Counted from the stretch's first letter, positions 10,956-20,411 are shown. The stretch: DNA of 64,000 nt from Nitrospirota bacterium (GCA_963845245.1 CAWJRJ010000017.1:96001-160000); one strand, 5' to 3'. Notes: generated from the sequence alone by a model not told the origin. Program-made: numbers and translations.

Positions 10956-11916
10956 CCTTTTTCCACGTAGAATCAGGGTCGTACGTTTTCATCGCTTTCG
11001 CGGTCTTTTCGGTGTTTTTCCCGAGGTCCTTCTGGTATACCACACCGTCCTGGTTCACTATGAATGTCATCACGCCCGAGTTACCGTAAGTCGCTGGATA
11101 GGTGACTACGGCAAAACCGCCTATCATCCTGCCGTGGACCACATAGTCATAAGCTCCGTCTGTCGCGTGTTTCCCCTGCGCCTTCAGTGTCCTGTAGTAA
11201 TATCCGTTATATGGGATGGGTTCGTCGGCCTTTTTCTTGCTGTAACCTTTATCAATCGCGTGCACGACAAGCGGCCCGAGCGGGCTAGGCTTCTCGTCCT
11301 CCTTCGTCTTCCAATAGAGGCCGTTCTTTTTGCCAGGGTCGCTTATAAATTTCTGCGCGTACTCCCGGGGCCCGTCGTCGGCGCGGTCTTCCATCGCATA
11401 CTCGTGTTGCGCGTCCACTATCGCGAGGCAGGTCTGTATGGTGTTCAGTTCGTTCTTGCCTATGCGGCGGTCAAGTATCTCCTCCTTGCCTTTCTCTGTG
11501 TCGAAGTACCAGACCCCGCCCTTTTTCACGATGGGTATAGGAAACGGCCAGTCGTCTTTCCCTATCACGAGTATGGCTTTATCTCCTTCCACGACGAGGT
11601 TGTTCTTCTCGTCGTAGGCTTTCTTGAAGGCTTCTCGTCCCTGCTTGTCAGCCACCTCGTCGCCAGAGAAAAGCACGTCTTTCCCACCCGGCCCGAATAT
11701 CGCCAACAGCTCGTCCATGTCTTTATTCTTCCCGGTGTCCACGAGCGCCTTAACGGCGTCTTCGGGTGTGGCGAAGGTCTTCTGCTTCGAAGCCGCATGG
11801 GATACCTCTGCAAACGCAAAGACAGCCAGGGTCGCAGCCAGCATGATCAACAGCCGGAACGATGCCGGCTTTTTATCGGTCGTTATGTTCAGATTCTTCA
11901 TTTCATCCTCCATCAT
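10945..11916 (-). CDS. DUF2950 family protein
   Basis: FATPEDA, WPFPIPIVK, RRIGKNEL, YGNSGVMTFIVN motifs; adjacent to DUF3300. Confidence 0.85.
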   Translation of the reverse strand: MMEDEMKNLNITTDKKPASFRLLIMLAATLAVFAFAEVSHAASKQKTFATPEDAVKALVDTGKNKDMDELLAIFGPGGKDVLFSGDEVADKQGREAFKKAYDEKNNLVVEGDKAILVIGKDDWPFPIPIVKKGGVWYFDTEKGKEEILDRRIGKNELNTIQTCLAIVDAQHEYAMEDRADDGPREYAQKFISDPGKKNGLYWKTKEDEKPSPLGPLVVHAIDKGYSKKKADEPIPYNGYYYRTLKAQGKHATDGAYDYVVHGRMIGGFAVVTYPATYGNSGVMTFIVNQDGVVYQKDLGKNTEKTAKAMKTYDPDSTWKKVAE

Positions 11917-11948
11917 GCGGTTTTGGTTGTATGTTTATTGGTGCGGAG

Positions 11949-13070
11949 TTACCTGCGTCTACCACCGCTTTTGCCACCACCAAAGCCGCCGCCTCCGAAA
12001 CCGCCGCTACGGCCGCCGCGGGAGGACATGCCCTCACGGCTGCTGCGACCGCGGTCGCTCGCGCTCCTTGCCTCACTTCCGCGGCCCGCGCCCTCGAAGG
12101 CGCCACCACGTGCGAGCTCTTGTCTGCCGGTTTCAGCGCGTCCGCGGAACGCCTCGCGCGACTTGGCTGCTTCCGCAGAGCCGCCCTTGTTGAACTTCTG
12201 TGCGGTCGCCTGGTCTCTATAGGAGACGCCCTTCCTGTGTCCGGGGTCGTGCTGCCAGTTGCCCCGGTCACCCTGGCCTTTATTCCCGTCACGCTTGTAT
12301 TTGTCGCGGTCGATATTATTGTTGATGTTTATGTTCTGGTTATAGTTGTAATTCACCGTACCGCCGTGCCAGTTGCAGTTTCCCCATGCGTAGCCCCATG
12401 CCGCGCCGACTGCGACCCCTGCCGCGAACGAGAACGCCGCCGCTCCCGCGACGTATCCGGGAGGATAGACCGGGTAGGGCGGGTACGCAGGATAAGGCCA
12501 TACTCCGTACACTACCGTGGGGTTGTAAGCTGGCACGTAGACCACTTGGGGGTCGGCAGGCTCTATTATAATTGTCTGCGTCTCCTTCTCGACGATGACC
12601 TTCTGTTCCTTCGTGGTTTTGAGGTTGCCTTCCGCGTCGGCCTTCGCACGCAGCTTCTGGACGTTATCCATCACCTCTTTCTGCTGGCCTATGAATGCGT
12701 CTCCGAGCTGCTCCGTCCAGTCAAGCTTCTCGCTCATCATGTTCAAGACCTGCGGGAAATTCACGAGCGACTTCACGCTAGGGTCCCAGTTTTGCTTTTC
12801 AAGCTCCTTTGTCAGGGTGTCGCCCTTCAAGTTTTTGTTCTTCTCCGCCCAGCGGCTGGCCTGCACGACCTCCAGCGGGTAGGTGGAGGCCATAAGGACC
12901 TGGGTCAAAAGCGAGTCCGGGTAGAGCGCGATAGGCGCGAGCAGCTGCTCTAGCTGTGGCTGGCTGAATCCTTCCTTCGTTTCATCCTGTCCGAAAGCGG
13001 CCTGCGGAAGTAAGATTAATAGCATGAGCAGGACTGCAAAGAAACGGTACGTCACTTCACTTGGTTTCAT
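11949..13070 (-). CDS. DUF3300 domain protein
   Basis: LAPIALYPDSLL, WDPSVKSL, YVPAYNP motifs; Gly/Arg-rich tail. Confidence 0.9.
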   Translation of the reverse strand: MKPSEVTYRFFAVLLMLLILLPQAAFGQDETKEGFSQPQLEQLLAPIALYPDSLLTQVLMASTYPLEVVQASRWAEKNKNLKGDTLTKELEKQNWDPSVKSLVNFPQVLNMMSEKLDWTEQLGDAFIGQQKEVMDNVQKLRAKADAEGNLKTTKEQKVIVEKETQTIIIEPADPQVVYVPAYNPTVVYGVWPYPAYPPYPVYPPGYVAGAAAFSFAAGVAVGAAWGYAWGNCNWHGGTVNYNYNQNININNNIDRDKYKRDGNKGQGDRGNWQHDPGHRKGVSYRDQATAQKFNKGGSAEAAKSREAFRGRAETGRQELARGGAFEGAGRGSEARSASDRGRSSREGMSSRGGRSGGFGGGGFGGGKSGGRRR

Positions 13071-13106
13071 GGCCCCTCCTTTTTTCTAAACGATATATTT
13101 AATCAT

Positions 13107-14081
13107 TCAAAAAAGCGTCCCCTGTATGAGCTTCGGGATGACAGGGGAGAACACAACCTGAATGTTCCATTTCTGCCCGAACGTGTCCGGGTGGACGGGC
13201 ATCCACTGCCCCGCGATAGCGATCTTGACAGGAAGTGCGTCGAACTTCACGACTTTTGACACACTCACACCGATAGGGACGGTCCAGACGTTGTCAGGGC
13301 TGGCCTTCCAGTTCGCCAGTATGTTTCCTGAGTACCCGATGCTCCAGCCATCTGGCAAGAAATAGGCCGCAACGGGCTGGAGGTTCATCTGGTTTGTGTC
13401 CGGCCGGTTGGAGTTTCCTCCAAACGACTTCCAGTTCTGGACAAAGGCACCGAGGATATATTTCTGCGAGATATAACCTGCGAAGGCGCCGGGGCCTACC
13501 TGCCATTTCCCCTGGCCGGTAAAATCTGTGGAGGCTGTCGGGAAGACAAAGGTCGGTCCAATCCCGAGCAACCAGTTTCCGGTCAGTTTCTGGTTCGGCC
13601 CCAGCATTTCGAGCAGAATTGTGTCTCCGAACCCGGTCGTGCGCTTAACGGACGCCTTGGGAGGCTGGCCTTCATCCACTGCCGGGTAGGGTTGGGAAAT
13701 AAAGAGCGGGATCACCGGCCTCGTGATGAGGTTCCAGTTTTCAGTCAGGGCCACTGGCATGACCGGCTGGAACTGCAGGTTAGAATTCCAACGGTTGCTT
13801 TGCCCCGGAAGGGTTTCCAGCACGTAGTTGTTCTGCTGAAAACTGATGGACCATATATCGCTTACCGGGTTGCTTAGTTTTTTGTTGATTTCGGTTAAGG
13901 ACTGACTTCCTTCATCGCCTCCGCCCGCCGCCCGTGCATCTAAGGGCAAGGTCGCAGCCAGTAACACCGCAACCAGCGCGGCTAAACTGAGCGCATCCAG
14001 GAGGAAGGCCTTGCCTCCTTCAGCCTGCCGGATGGAAAAACTCATCGCAGAGTGTTCATTGGCAACGGTTCCGGGGGGCAT
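13107..14081 (-). CDS. Putative outer-membrane beta-barrel ('neuromedin U'-annotated family); start uncertain
   Basis: KKLSNPV, QPVMPV..WNLITRP, GKWQVGP, WTVPIG motifs; C-terminal Phe. Confidence 0.65.
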   Translation of the reverse strand: MPPGTVANEHSAMSFSIRQAEGGKAFLLDALSLAALVAVLLAATLPLDARAAGGGDEGSQSLTEINKKLSNPVSDIWSISFQQNNYVLETLPGQSNRWNSNLQFQPVMPVALTENWNLITRPVIPLFISQPYPAVDEGQPPKASVKRTTGFGDTILLEMLGPNQKLTGNWLLGIGPTFVFPTASTDFTGQGKWQVGPGAFAGYISQKYILGAFVQNWKSFGGNSNRPDTNQMNLQPVAAYFLPDGWSIGYSGNILANWKASPDNVWTVPIGVSVSKVVKFDALPVKIAIAGQWMPVHPDTFGQKWNIQVVFSPVIPKLIQGTLF

Positions 14082-14256
14082 GCGGCCTGGCCTCTTTTCA
14101 ATTGTTGATATTGAGGCTTGCTTTGGATTATTAACCCTTATGTTTCTATAGGGATATCACCAAATCCAAAATTGCGCAAGTCGGGCTGTTTTCGCAGGAG
14201 GGGAGGGGTACGAGATACTTCCGCGAGGATTTGCCGTGCGCGGCACCGTGAATACG

Positions 14257-14340
14257 AAACGCAAAAAGGGGCTACGATTTCTCGTAACCCCTTTTATTAT
14301 TTCCGGGCGGGTCATGCAGGCTTCAAACCTGCGACCCGCT
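14257..14340 (-). repeat. Degenerate copy of tRNA-Lys 3' half plus its terminator (att-like relic)
   Basis: 75/84 nt identical to 17892-17975 by manual alignment; first 39 nt identical. Confidence 0.9.
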
Positions 14341-14353
14341 CACGCATCGTTAT

Positions 14354-15439
14354 TTATGTAAGATCTTTTTCAACCCTGTTTTTATTTTCATTCCACCAGC
14401 CGATAAGTTTTAAATCGTCAAAGACGTCGAGGCTTTTGTAACCGGTCACCGCCGAAAACGAGGCTACGGAGTTCTGGAGTACGTCTAGTGTGTTTTCGCT
14501 TTTTATCGATTCTACAAAAGCCTCAGGCACTATTTTTTCCTTACGGCTGGCTAGAAGCTGCGCGGCCCTTCCTCTGACCTTCCAGTCCGGGTTATTTAAA
14601 AGGTCTTCTATCAAAGTCTCCGTCGGTATGCTGCTATTTTTTAAAACAGCCCCGGCGTTGTTTTTAAACGCCAGCTCGGAGTTTGGGACGCGGGTGCCGC
14701 TTATGTAGAAAGCCTTGATCCTGAACAGTTCGGATTTAGCCGCAAGGTCTTCATTGCCGCTTTTTTCTGATACAAGGTATATTTCCATTATTTTGTTTAA
14801 TGCCTGTCTGTCGCCTTCCGATATCGCCTTGTCCGCCAAGGCCGTCAGTTCGTTCCTTTTCTTTAACGATTCGAGTTCGGAGGACAACTGGGCCTTTACG
14901 GTTTGTATGTTGACATGCAGTTTATCGAATTTATCGACGAACCCGGTCTCCGTTTTGCCAATGCGCTCATCGGTGGCAGCCATCTGTTCGTTAATAGAGT
15001 TTACTGTATTGTTCATCTCCTGTTTTGCATTTCCGATAACGGCCTTAGCCAACGCTGAATTGTGTTTTGCCGCATTTAAAACATCCATCGATTTTTTTAT
15101 CGCATTGTTGGAAGACGCAGACGCCGTGTTGTAAGCCTGTCTGGATTCTTTTAATACGGTTTCTGCTTCGACCCTTTTGATCTGCATCTCTCTCATTTGT
15201 GTATAACTCAGGCCGGTCTGGACTGCCGCTATCACAACCATCAGCAAAGTAATAGCAGAGGCGAAATACTGTATCTTGTTTAGAAAATGCCGCTGGTCTT
15301 TCCCGCAATGGTGGCAGACCTTGGATTTCTCATGTATTGGCTGTAAACAGTACTGGCATAAGGCTTCATTCTGCGGCGATTTTTCAGCAGATGTATTCTT
15401 TATTTCTTCCATTGGTTTTCCCTCCCTTTTGCTATCCAT
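14354..15439 (-). CDS. Hypothetical protein: double CxxC zinc ribbon, TM helix, coiled coil, HEAT repeat
   Basis: CQYC..CHHC; TM ITLLMVVIAAV; PDWKVRGRAAQLL HEAT-like motif; lower GC. Confidence 0.65.
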   Translation of the reverse strand: MDSKREGKPMEEIKNTSAEKSPQNEALCQYCLQPIHEKSKVCHHCGKDQRHFLNKIQYFASAITLLMVVIAAVQTGLSYTQMREMQIKRVEAETVLKESRQAYNTASASSNNAIKKSMDVLNAAKHNSALAKAVIGNAKQEMNNTVNSINEQMAATDERIGKTETGFVDKFDKLHVNIQTVKAQLSSELESLKKRNELTALADKAISEGDRQALNKIMEIYLVSEKSGNEDLAAKSELFRIKAFYISGTRVPNSELAFKNNAGAVLKNSSIPTETLIEDLLNNPDWKVRGRAAQLLASRKEKIVPEAFVESIKSENTLDVLQNSVASFSAVTGYKSLDVFDDLKLIGWWNENKNRVEKDLT

Positions 15440-15843
15440 GGTTTACGTTCCGGTAGCGCGGAGAACCCAAACGACCAAAACTTTTAATGGCGGTAATAAG
15501 AATCGTTATTATACCACAAAAAAACACTGATTTTGGAAACGCGGCTATAGATGAAACCGATTTAATATTCTCTTGGTTGGTTGGGTAGGGGGTTATCCGG
15601 CGGCGCTGATTTTATAAAGCGCGTAAAACGCGAAGGCTACAAGAAGGCGTTGTCCATGAGGAGGCTATCGATGAAGGTCGAATCGCTCAGGGAGCCGGGC
15701 TTGTATAGGGGACGTATTCCATGAGTATATATTACTGCAACAAGCGTTAAAGTGCAAAATTGATATTTTCTAAACTACACACGCATCGGGTAGTGGTATA
15801 CCTTTGTAAGGTTCCAAGGTTCTTACATCCGAAGCCACGGACA

Positions 15844-17046
15844 TTATCTCATTTCGGCAGAGCGTTTTCGTTTTATATTTTTTTGCTCGTACATCAGCTT
15901 GTCTGCACGGCTCAACAGCTTTTCCATAGAAGCAGGGTTCTCCGGATCAAAATAAGACAACCCACAACTCATCGACAACTTAAATCCCTTGTTTTGGTTT
16001 GCATTGTGCGCGTCGATATTTTTTTGCAACCGGGCAAGGACTATCTGTGTATCTTCGTCAGTTGTTCCTGCCGGGAAAACGACAAACTCGTCACCGCTTA
16101 TGCGTGCAATGACGTCAGATTCTCGAAAGGTTGCCTTGAGAATATCCGCCATATGTATCAATGCAAAGTCACCTTCATGGTGTCCCCACGTATCGTTAAT
16201 CTTCTTCAGCCCATCAAGGTCGGCATAGAGAAGGAATGCACCTTTTTTCTGCCGCATGGCAATTTGCCCCAGTTTTTCAGCGACAGTAAAGAACCCGCGC
16301 CGGTTATAGAGACCCGTCAGATCATCCGTAAGTGACATGGAACGTAACTCTTCTTCGGCTTTTATACGGGCGCTGATGTTTTCAAAAACGGCAGTAAAGT
16401 GATTTTTTTCCGTACTGTAGACAGAGATGGATAGCCAGGCCGCAAACGACTTCACATAAATCTCAAACTTCTCCGGTTGACCGGTCAATGCCACCCTGCC
16501 ATAAATCTCGAACACCTCCGGATAATCCTCTCTGAAACCCGGGATCACCTCGGTGACTTTCTTCCCCACGACATTTTTCAATCCCGTCAACTCTTCAAAT
16601 GATCTGTTGACGTGGAGATATATGAAGTCTTGAGGCTGGTTGTCCTCAAAAAGCATCCTGCAATACGCAAAGCCCTCAAGCATATTCTCGGACAATAAAC
16701 TGTATCGGTCCTCGTGGGATTGAAGCTGTGAGGCGTTAAGCTGCCTTATCCGCATGAGAAGCACGGATACTCCCCATACTCCGAATATTCCAGTAAGACG
16801 GTTTGCTACGGAATGCATTAAAGGCGTGCTGTTAAAAGGAGAAATAAACATTCCTGCGACAATCAGGAGTGTAATAACCACAGAGAAGAGGTAGGGCTGT
16901 TTCGCGGACCGGTACATGAAAAACATTGGAATGAGGTATAGCACCCATACGTTGTACCACAAGGGAGTAAGAAGGTCGACCATGAAAATAGCAGCGGTCA
17001 TGAACACAGCGATGCCCACGACTTTTTCTTTAAAAAGCTTTGTCAA
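15844..17046 (-). CDS. Membrane-bound PAS-GGDEF diguanylate cyclase
   Basis: N-terminal TM helices, PAS, DDLTGLYNRRGF, DLDGLKKINDTWGH, SGDEF, RESD I-site. Confidence 0.88.
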   Translation of the reverse strand: MTKLFKEKVVGIAVFMTAAIFMVDLLTPLWYNVWVLYLIPMFFMYRSAKQPYLFSVVITLLIVAGMFISPFNSTPLMHSVANRLTGIFGVWGVSVLLMRIRQLNASQLQSHEDRYSLLSENMLEGFAYCRMLFEDNQPQDFIYLHVNRSFEELTGLKNVVGKKVTEVIPGFREDYPEVFEIYGRVALTGQPEKFEIYVKSFAAWLSISVYSTEKNHFTAVFENISARIKAEEELRSMSLTDDLTGLYNRRGFFTVAEKLGQIAMRQKKGAFLLYADLDGLKKINDTWGHHEGDFALIHMADILKATFRESDVIARISGDEFVVFPAGTTDEDTQIVLARLQKNIDAHNANQNKGFKLSMSCGLSYFDPENPASMEKLLSRADKLMYEQKNIKRKRSAEMR

Positions 17047-17261
17047 AATGGCTGCTCTCCAGTTTCACGGCTGACCTGCTCTCGCCCGACTGCGGTTATT
17101 TTCCACTCAAAGCAAAAGCAGTAACTATGGGTATTATTATAATAGTTGTTACATTCAGTATAGCATCAACTGTAAATTTAGATTAAATTTATTTAATTAA
17201 GGTTGGTTGGTTTTAAATAATTTGCTTAGGTGGTATGCGGAGCGGATACGGCATTTCACAT

Positions 17262-17326
17262 GCAAAAGGGGCTACAGCATCTGATTAACCCCTTTTTTGT
17301 TTCTTGGTGGATCGTGTAGGATTCGA
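17262..17326 (-). repeat. Second degenerate copy of tRNA-Lys 3' end plus terminator (att-like relic)
   Basis: tttcttggtggatcgtgtaggattcga matches 26/27 nt of the tRNA-Lys 3' end; terminator arms aaaaggggcta/taaccccttttt retained with a different loop. Confidence 0.85.
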
Positions 17327-17328
17327 CT

Positions 17329-17741
17329 TTAGACCGTACTACTAGTATTATTTGTTTCTCTAACACGACGAGCAATACGCCAATGTATCGAAAAGAAAGC
17401 AAGACCAAAGAGGAGGATAAACAACGATCTGGTTAATTTTTGTATGCCGTCTCGGGATTCTCCTTTAATCTCAGATTTAAATTCATTCTGCCTCATTCTA
17501 GTCAACTCTTCCTCTGAAGGTCGTTTATCTTTGCTGACGCCATAGTAGGTTTCATAACAACGGGCATACTGCCAAAATGCATTATTGCTTTGATGGTTCA
17601 TATATTTGTAAGAACTTATTGTGAATTCTGGATTTATTATTTGTACACGTTATAGCAAGCAGTAGCGAGTGTGATGACCAATATAATTGAGATTGCAAAA
17701 CATACTGCCATGGCATATATCTCAAGAGCGGATTTTTTCAT
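17329..17741 (-). CDS. Small hypothetical membrane protein (frameshift near 17645)
   Basis: ATG 17741 gives MKKSALEIYAMAVCFAISIILV...; a single shift joins it to QIINPEFTISSYKYMNHQSN... (ORF 17329-17601); two TM helices. Confidence 0.6.
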
Positions 17742-17896
17742 TGTTTGACCTTTCGTAGTTATGCACTGAAGTTTCTGATTTGTATAACAATGGGGAGCGA
17801 AGAATACTTATGCTAATCTAGTATTAACATAAGCTATGCCAATTTGCAATGATTTCTTCATTTATGGGTAAATAGATTTGGAACCACTTCCAAACG

Positions 17897-17933
17897 CAAA
17901 AAGGGGCTACGATTTCTCGTAACCCCTTTTTTT
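17897..17933 (-). terminator. Intrinsic terminator of the tRNA operon
   Basis: aaaaaggggctacga-tttc-tcgtaaccccttttt hairpin just 3' of tRNA-Lys. Confidence 0.85.
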
Positions 17934-17939
17934 ATTTCT

Positions 17940-18015
<76 letters not shown>

Positions 18016-18046
18016 AAGAAAAAGTATATATATGCCGTCGGTCTAC

Positions 18047-18123
18047 TGGTGCGCCTGGAGGGACTCGAACCCCCGACACACGGAACCGGAATCCGTTGCT
18101 CTATCCAACTGAGCTACAGGCGC
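18047..18123 (-). tRNA. tRNA-Arg(CCG)
   Basis: Anticodon arm ACGGA-TT-CCG-GT-TCCGT; encoded CCA. Confidence 0.96.
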
Positions 18124-18140
18124 CAACCTTAAGCCCAAAC

Positions 18141-18217
18141 TGGTGCGCCCGGCAGGGCTCGAACCTGCGACCTGCGGATTCGAAGTCCGACGCTCTATCC
18201 AACTGAGCTACGGGCGC
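18141..18217 (-). tRNA. tRNA-Arg(UCG)
   Basis: Anticodon arm CGGA-CT-TCG-AA-TCCG; encoded CCA. Confidence 0.95.
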
Positions 18218-18257
18218 ATGCTCAATCCTTAAGGGCGCTGCAAAACAAAAGGTAAAT

Positions 18258-18333
18258 TGGGGTGACTGATGGGGCTCGAACCCACAACACCCAGATCCAC
18301 AATCTGGTGCACTACCATTGTGCTACAGTCACC
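18258..18333 (-). tRNA. tRNA-His(GUG)
   Basis: CCAGA-TT-GTG-GA-TCTGG; encoded G-1 and C73 discriminator. Confidence 0.96.
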
Positions 18334-18363
18334 GTAATCAAAAGTCCGGCCGTTACCACACGA

Positions 18364-18440
18364 TGGTGCGCCCGGCAGGACTCGAACCTGCGGCCCACAG
18401 CTTAGAAGGCTGTTGCTCTATCCACCTGAGCTACGGGCGC
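18364..18440 (-). tRNA. tRNA-Arg(UCU)
   Basis: ACAGC-CT-TCT-AA-GCTGT; encoded CCA. Confidence 0.96.
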
Positions 18441-18449
18441 CTAAGCAAT

Positions 18450-18526
<77 letters not shown>

Positions 18527-18539
18527 CTCAGAAGTGTAG

Positions 18540-18569
18540 TTTATACTACAGCTTATTTTAAAATGTCAA
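18540..18569 (-). promoter_or_regulatory. Sigma70 promoter of the tRNA operon
   Basis: TTGACA-18 nt-TATAAA on the minus strand just upstream of tRNA-Pro. Confidence 0.65.
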
Positions 18570-18591
18570 CCGTTTTTGCCTGTTTTATCAT

Positions 18592-18630
18592 AAAAAAAAC
18601 AGGCCCGGCAGTCTTTGGCTACCGGGCCGT
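18592..18630 (-). terminator. Intrinsic terminator after the peptide ORF
   Basis: Minus strand ggcccggtag-ccaaaga-ctgccgggcc followed by tg and a T tract. Confidence 0.85.
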
Positions 18631-18637
18631 GGGTCCC

Positions 18638-18700
18638 TTAGCAGGAGCTTTTGCATTTGCAAGTTGACGATGCAGCCTTAGCTACCTTTGTTATTGTCAT
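18638..18700 (-). CDS. 20-aa Cys-rich putative RiPP precursor MTITKVAKAASSTCKCKSSC (not in the ORF track)
   Basis: Purine-rich RBS GGAAAGGGGG 7 nt upstream of ATG; overlaps the radical SAM stop; followed by a terminator. Confidence 0.75.
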   Translation of the reverse strand: MTITKVAKAASSTCKCKSSC

Positions 18701-19862
18701 TACATACACCCCCTTTCCACGAGTATTTTACCCCGTTAGCTGCGCACCGGACCGGGTCCGGTCCGAGTGAGTCTGTATACCAGGCTGCGCGGAATCGGCA
18801 TCCGCCCCGGCAGGCCTCTTTTTGTTCGCAGTCGCAGTCGATCTCCGCAAGCCTTATCGGGCTGACCTTCTCCGCGCTCGCGCGAAGGCCCTCCGTTATG
18901 TTCCCGGCAGGGCGATCAAGGTAGAAGCCGCACTTTGCCACCGAACCGTCGGGGCCTATGCTCAAAAGATGTGTACCGCAGGCGTACCCTTCAGGCCCGT
19001 GGTGGAAGCCGCCGCCGAAGCCGTACTCCATGTACCGCGCCGCATCGGCGGGTTCGGGCATCAGCTTCGGGTAGTCCGAAAGCCTGCCGGACGGGACCGG
19101 CATGTCCACGTTCCACTCGCGCACGCCGAGCGATTCCATGAGGGACGCCATCACCTCGAAGTCGCCGGTGTTGAGGCTTGTCACCATCGTGGCAACGGAC
19201 ACCGCAATGCCCGCATCACTCAGGAACTCGATGGCCTTTACGGCCCTTTGGAAGTTGCCTTGTCCGCGGATGTAATCGTGTGCGCGCTCCATCCCGTCCA
19301 GGCTTACCTGCGCCTCCTGCACCATCAGCCGCTTTGCAACATCGCGGTCCACCAGCGTACCGTTTGTCAGCAGCACGCTCCTGAACCCGTGTTCCGGGAA
19401 CCGCTCGTTTATCGCCCAGAAATCTCTGTGCAGAAGAGGTTCGCCGCCCGAGACAAGCAGCCGTAAGCCGCCCGCGGCATCGAATTCATCCATCGCGCTG
19501 TATGCAAGCGGAAGGGGGAGGTCGTGCGCCGTCGCGTCGCCCAAATAGCAATGCCTGCATTTCAGGTTGCAGCGGCCTGTCAACTGTAGTTCGAGGTATC
19601 GCAGGAACCCGATGGGTGCGGTGTTAAGGGTGGTTTTGTCCGACGGGCGGTCGCCTTCGACAAGTATGCCTTCACCAAGGCAGTACTCTACGAACTCCCC
19701 GCAACCTCCAACATCGGCCATGCCGCAGTTCTGGAGGAACGCGAGAGATTCGGAGTCGAGCTCATACAGCTCGTCCGTGGCGCGGTTATAGACATACGGC
19801 CTGTCCAGCACCCTTATGGAGCAGTCCCTGGAGAGGGATATATGTCTATTTGCCGATGGCAT
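18678..19862 (-). CDS. Radical SAM/SPASM-domain peptide maturase with N-terminal PqqD/RRE-like domain
   Basis: CNLKCRHC; SGGEPLL; SPASM ACG...PDGSVAKC...CDC..KEACRGGCR...C; N-terminal YVYN..DELYELD...FVEYCLGEGIL. Confidence 0.9.
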   Translation of the reverse strand: MPSANRHISLSRDCSIRVLDRPYVYNRATDELYELDSESLAFLQNCGMADVGGCGEFVEYCLGEGILVEGDRPSDKTTLNTAPIGFLRYLELQLTGRCNLKCRHCYLGDATAHDLPLPLAYSAMDEFDAAGGLRLLVSGGEPLLHRDFWAINERFPEHGFRSVLLTNGTLVDRDVAKRLMVQEAQVSLDGMERAHDYIRGQGNFQRAVKAIEFLSDAGIAVSVATMVTSLNTGDFEVMASLMESLGVREWNVDMPVPSGRLSDYPKLMPEPADAARYMEYGFGGGFHHGPEGYACGTHLLSIGPDGSVAKCGFYLDRPAGNITEGLRASAEKVSPIRLAEIDCDCEQKEACRGGCRFRAAWYTDSLGPDPVRCAANGVKYSWKGGVCNDNNKGS

Positions 19863-20064
19863 CGGATATCTGGGCCAGGGTTAGGACTTTTTTGTCGATG
19901 AGCAGCCTGAGGAGCTTGAATGCGCCGCATTCCAGGTCCTTGTCGCTCTCCTTGTAAAAGTCGCAGTCCGCGCAGAATAGGCTGACGGCCCCGTCCTTCG
20001 TACATGCGAAGCCTGGGTCGCCACCGGATATCTCCAGCTGTTTTTTAAGGTTTTTAAATTTCAT
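19846..20064 (-). CDS. Small 4-Cys hypothetical protein co-transcribed with the radical SAM enzyme
   Basis: C..FCADCDFY..LECGAF; overlaps the rSAM start. Confidence 0.65.
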   Translation of the reverse strand: MKFKNLKKQLEISGGDPGFACTKDGAVSLFCADCDFYKESDKDLECGAFKLLRLLIDKKVLTLAQISDAIGK

Positions 20065-20365
20065 GGATAAAGTATGCCATAAAATCCGTGGAAATCAAGG
20101 CGGCGGGACTCATCAGCCGACATTTTACAGTTATATAGGGGATATCCCCTAGGTGTTCATTAAAATGACTCGTCGCCAAGTCCGTTTTTTCTTTATTGCC
20201 GGGTATGGATAACTGTTGTTACAGGCTATAAAACCGCCTTCTCTGCCCGGATTACAATCTGTCCACAAGATAGCCCCGGAATTTTAATAATTTAACTAAA
20301 CTATGTACATAAATACACCTATAAATTAAAAAACTCTAACAATTCAATGCGTTGTATTAATGATA

Positions 20366-20411
20366 ATTAATGATAATCAATATTGACAATCTTTTCGTGA
20401 GATGTTTTAAT
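20366..20411 (+). promoter_or_regulatory. Fur-box-like site overlapping a sigma70 promoter
   Basis: ATTAATGATAATCAATATT (15/19 to GATAATGATAATCATTATC) overlapping TTGACA(20383)-17 nt-TTTAAT with extended TG. Confidence 0.65.

Noticed and set aside
10177..12222. 681-aa plus-strand ORF
   Set aside because: Antisense shadow of mlaE, DUF2950 and DUF3300, which carry clear family motifs; no motifs of its own.
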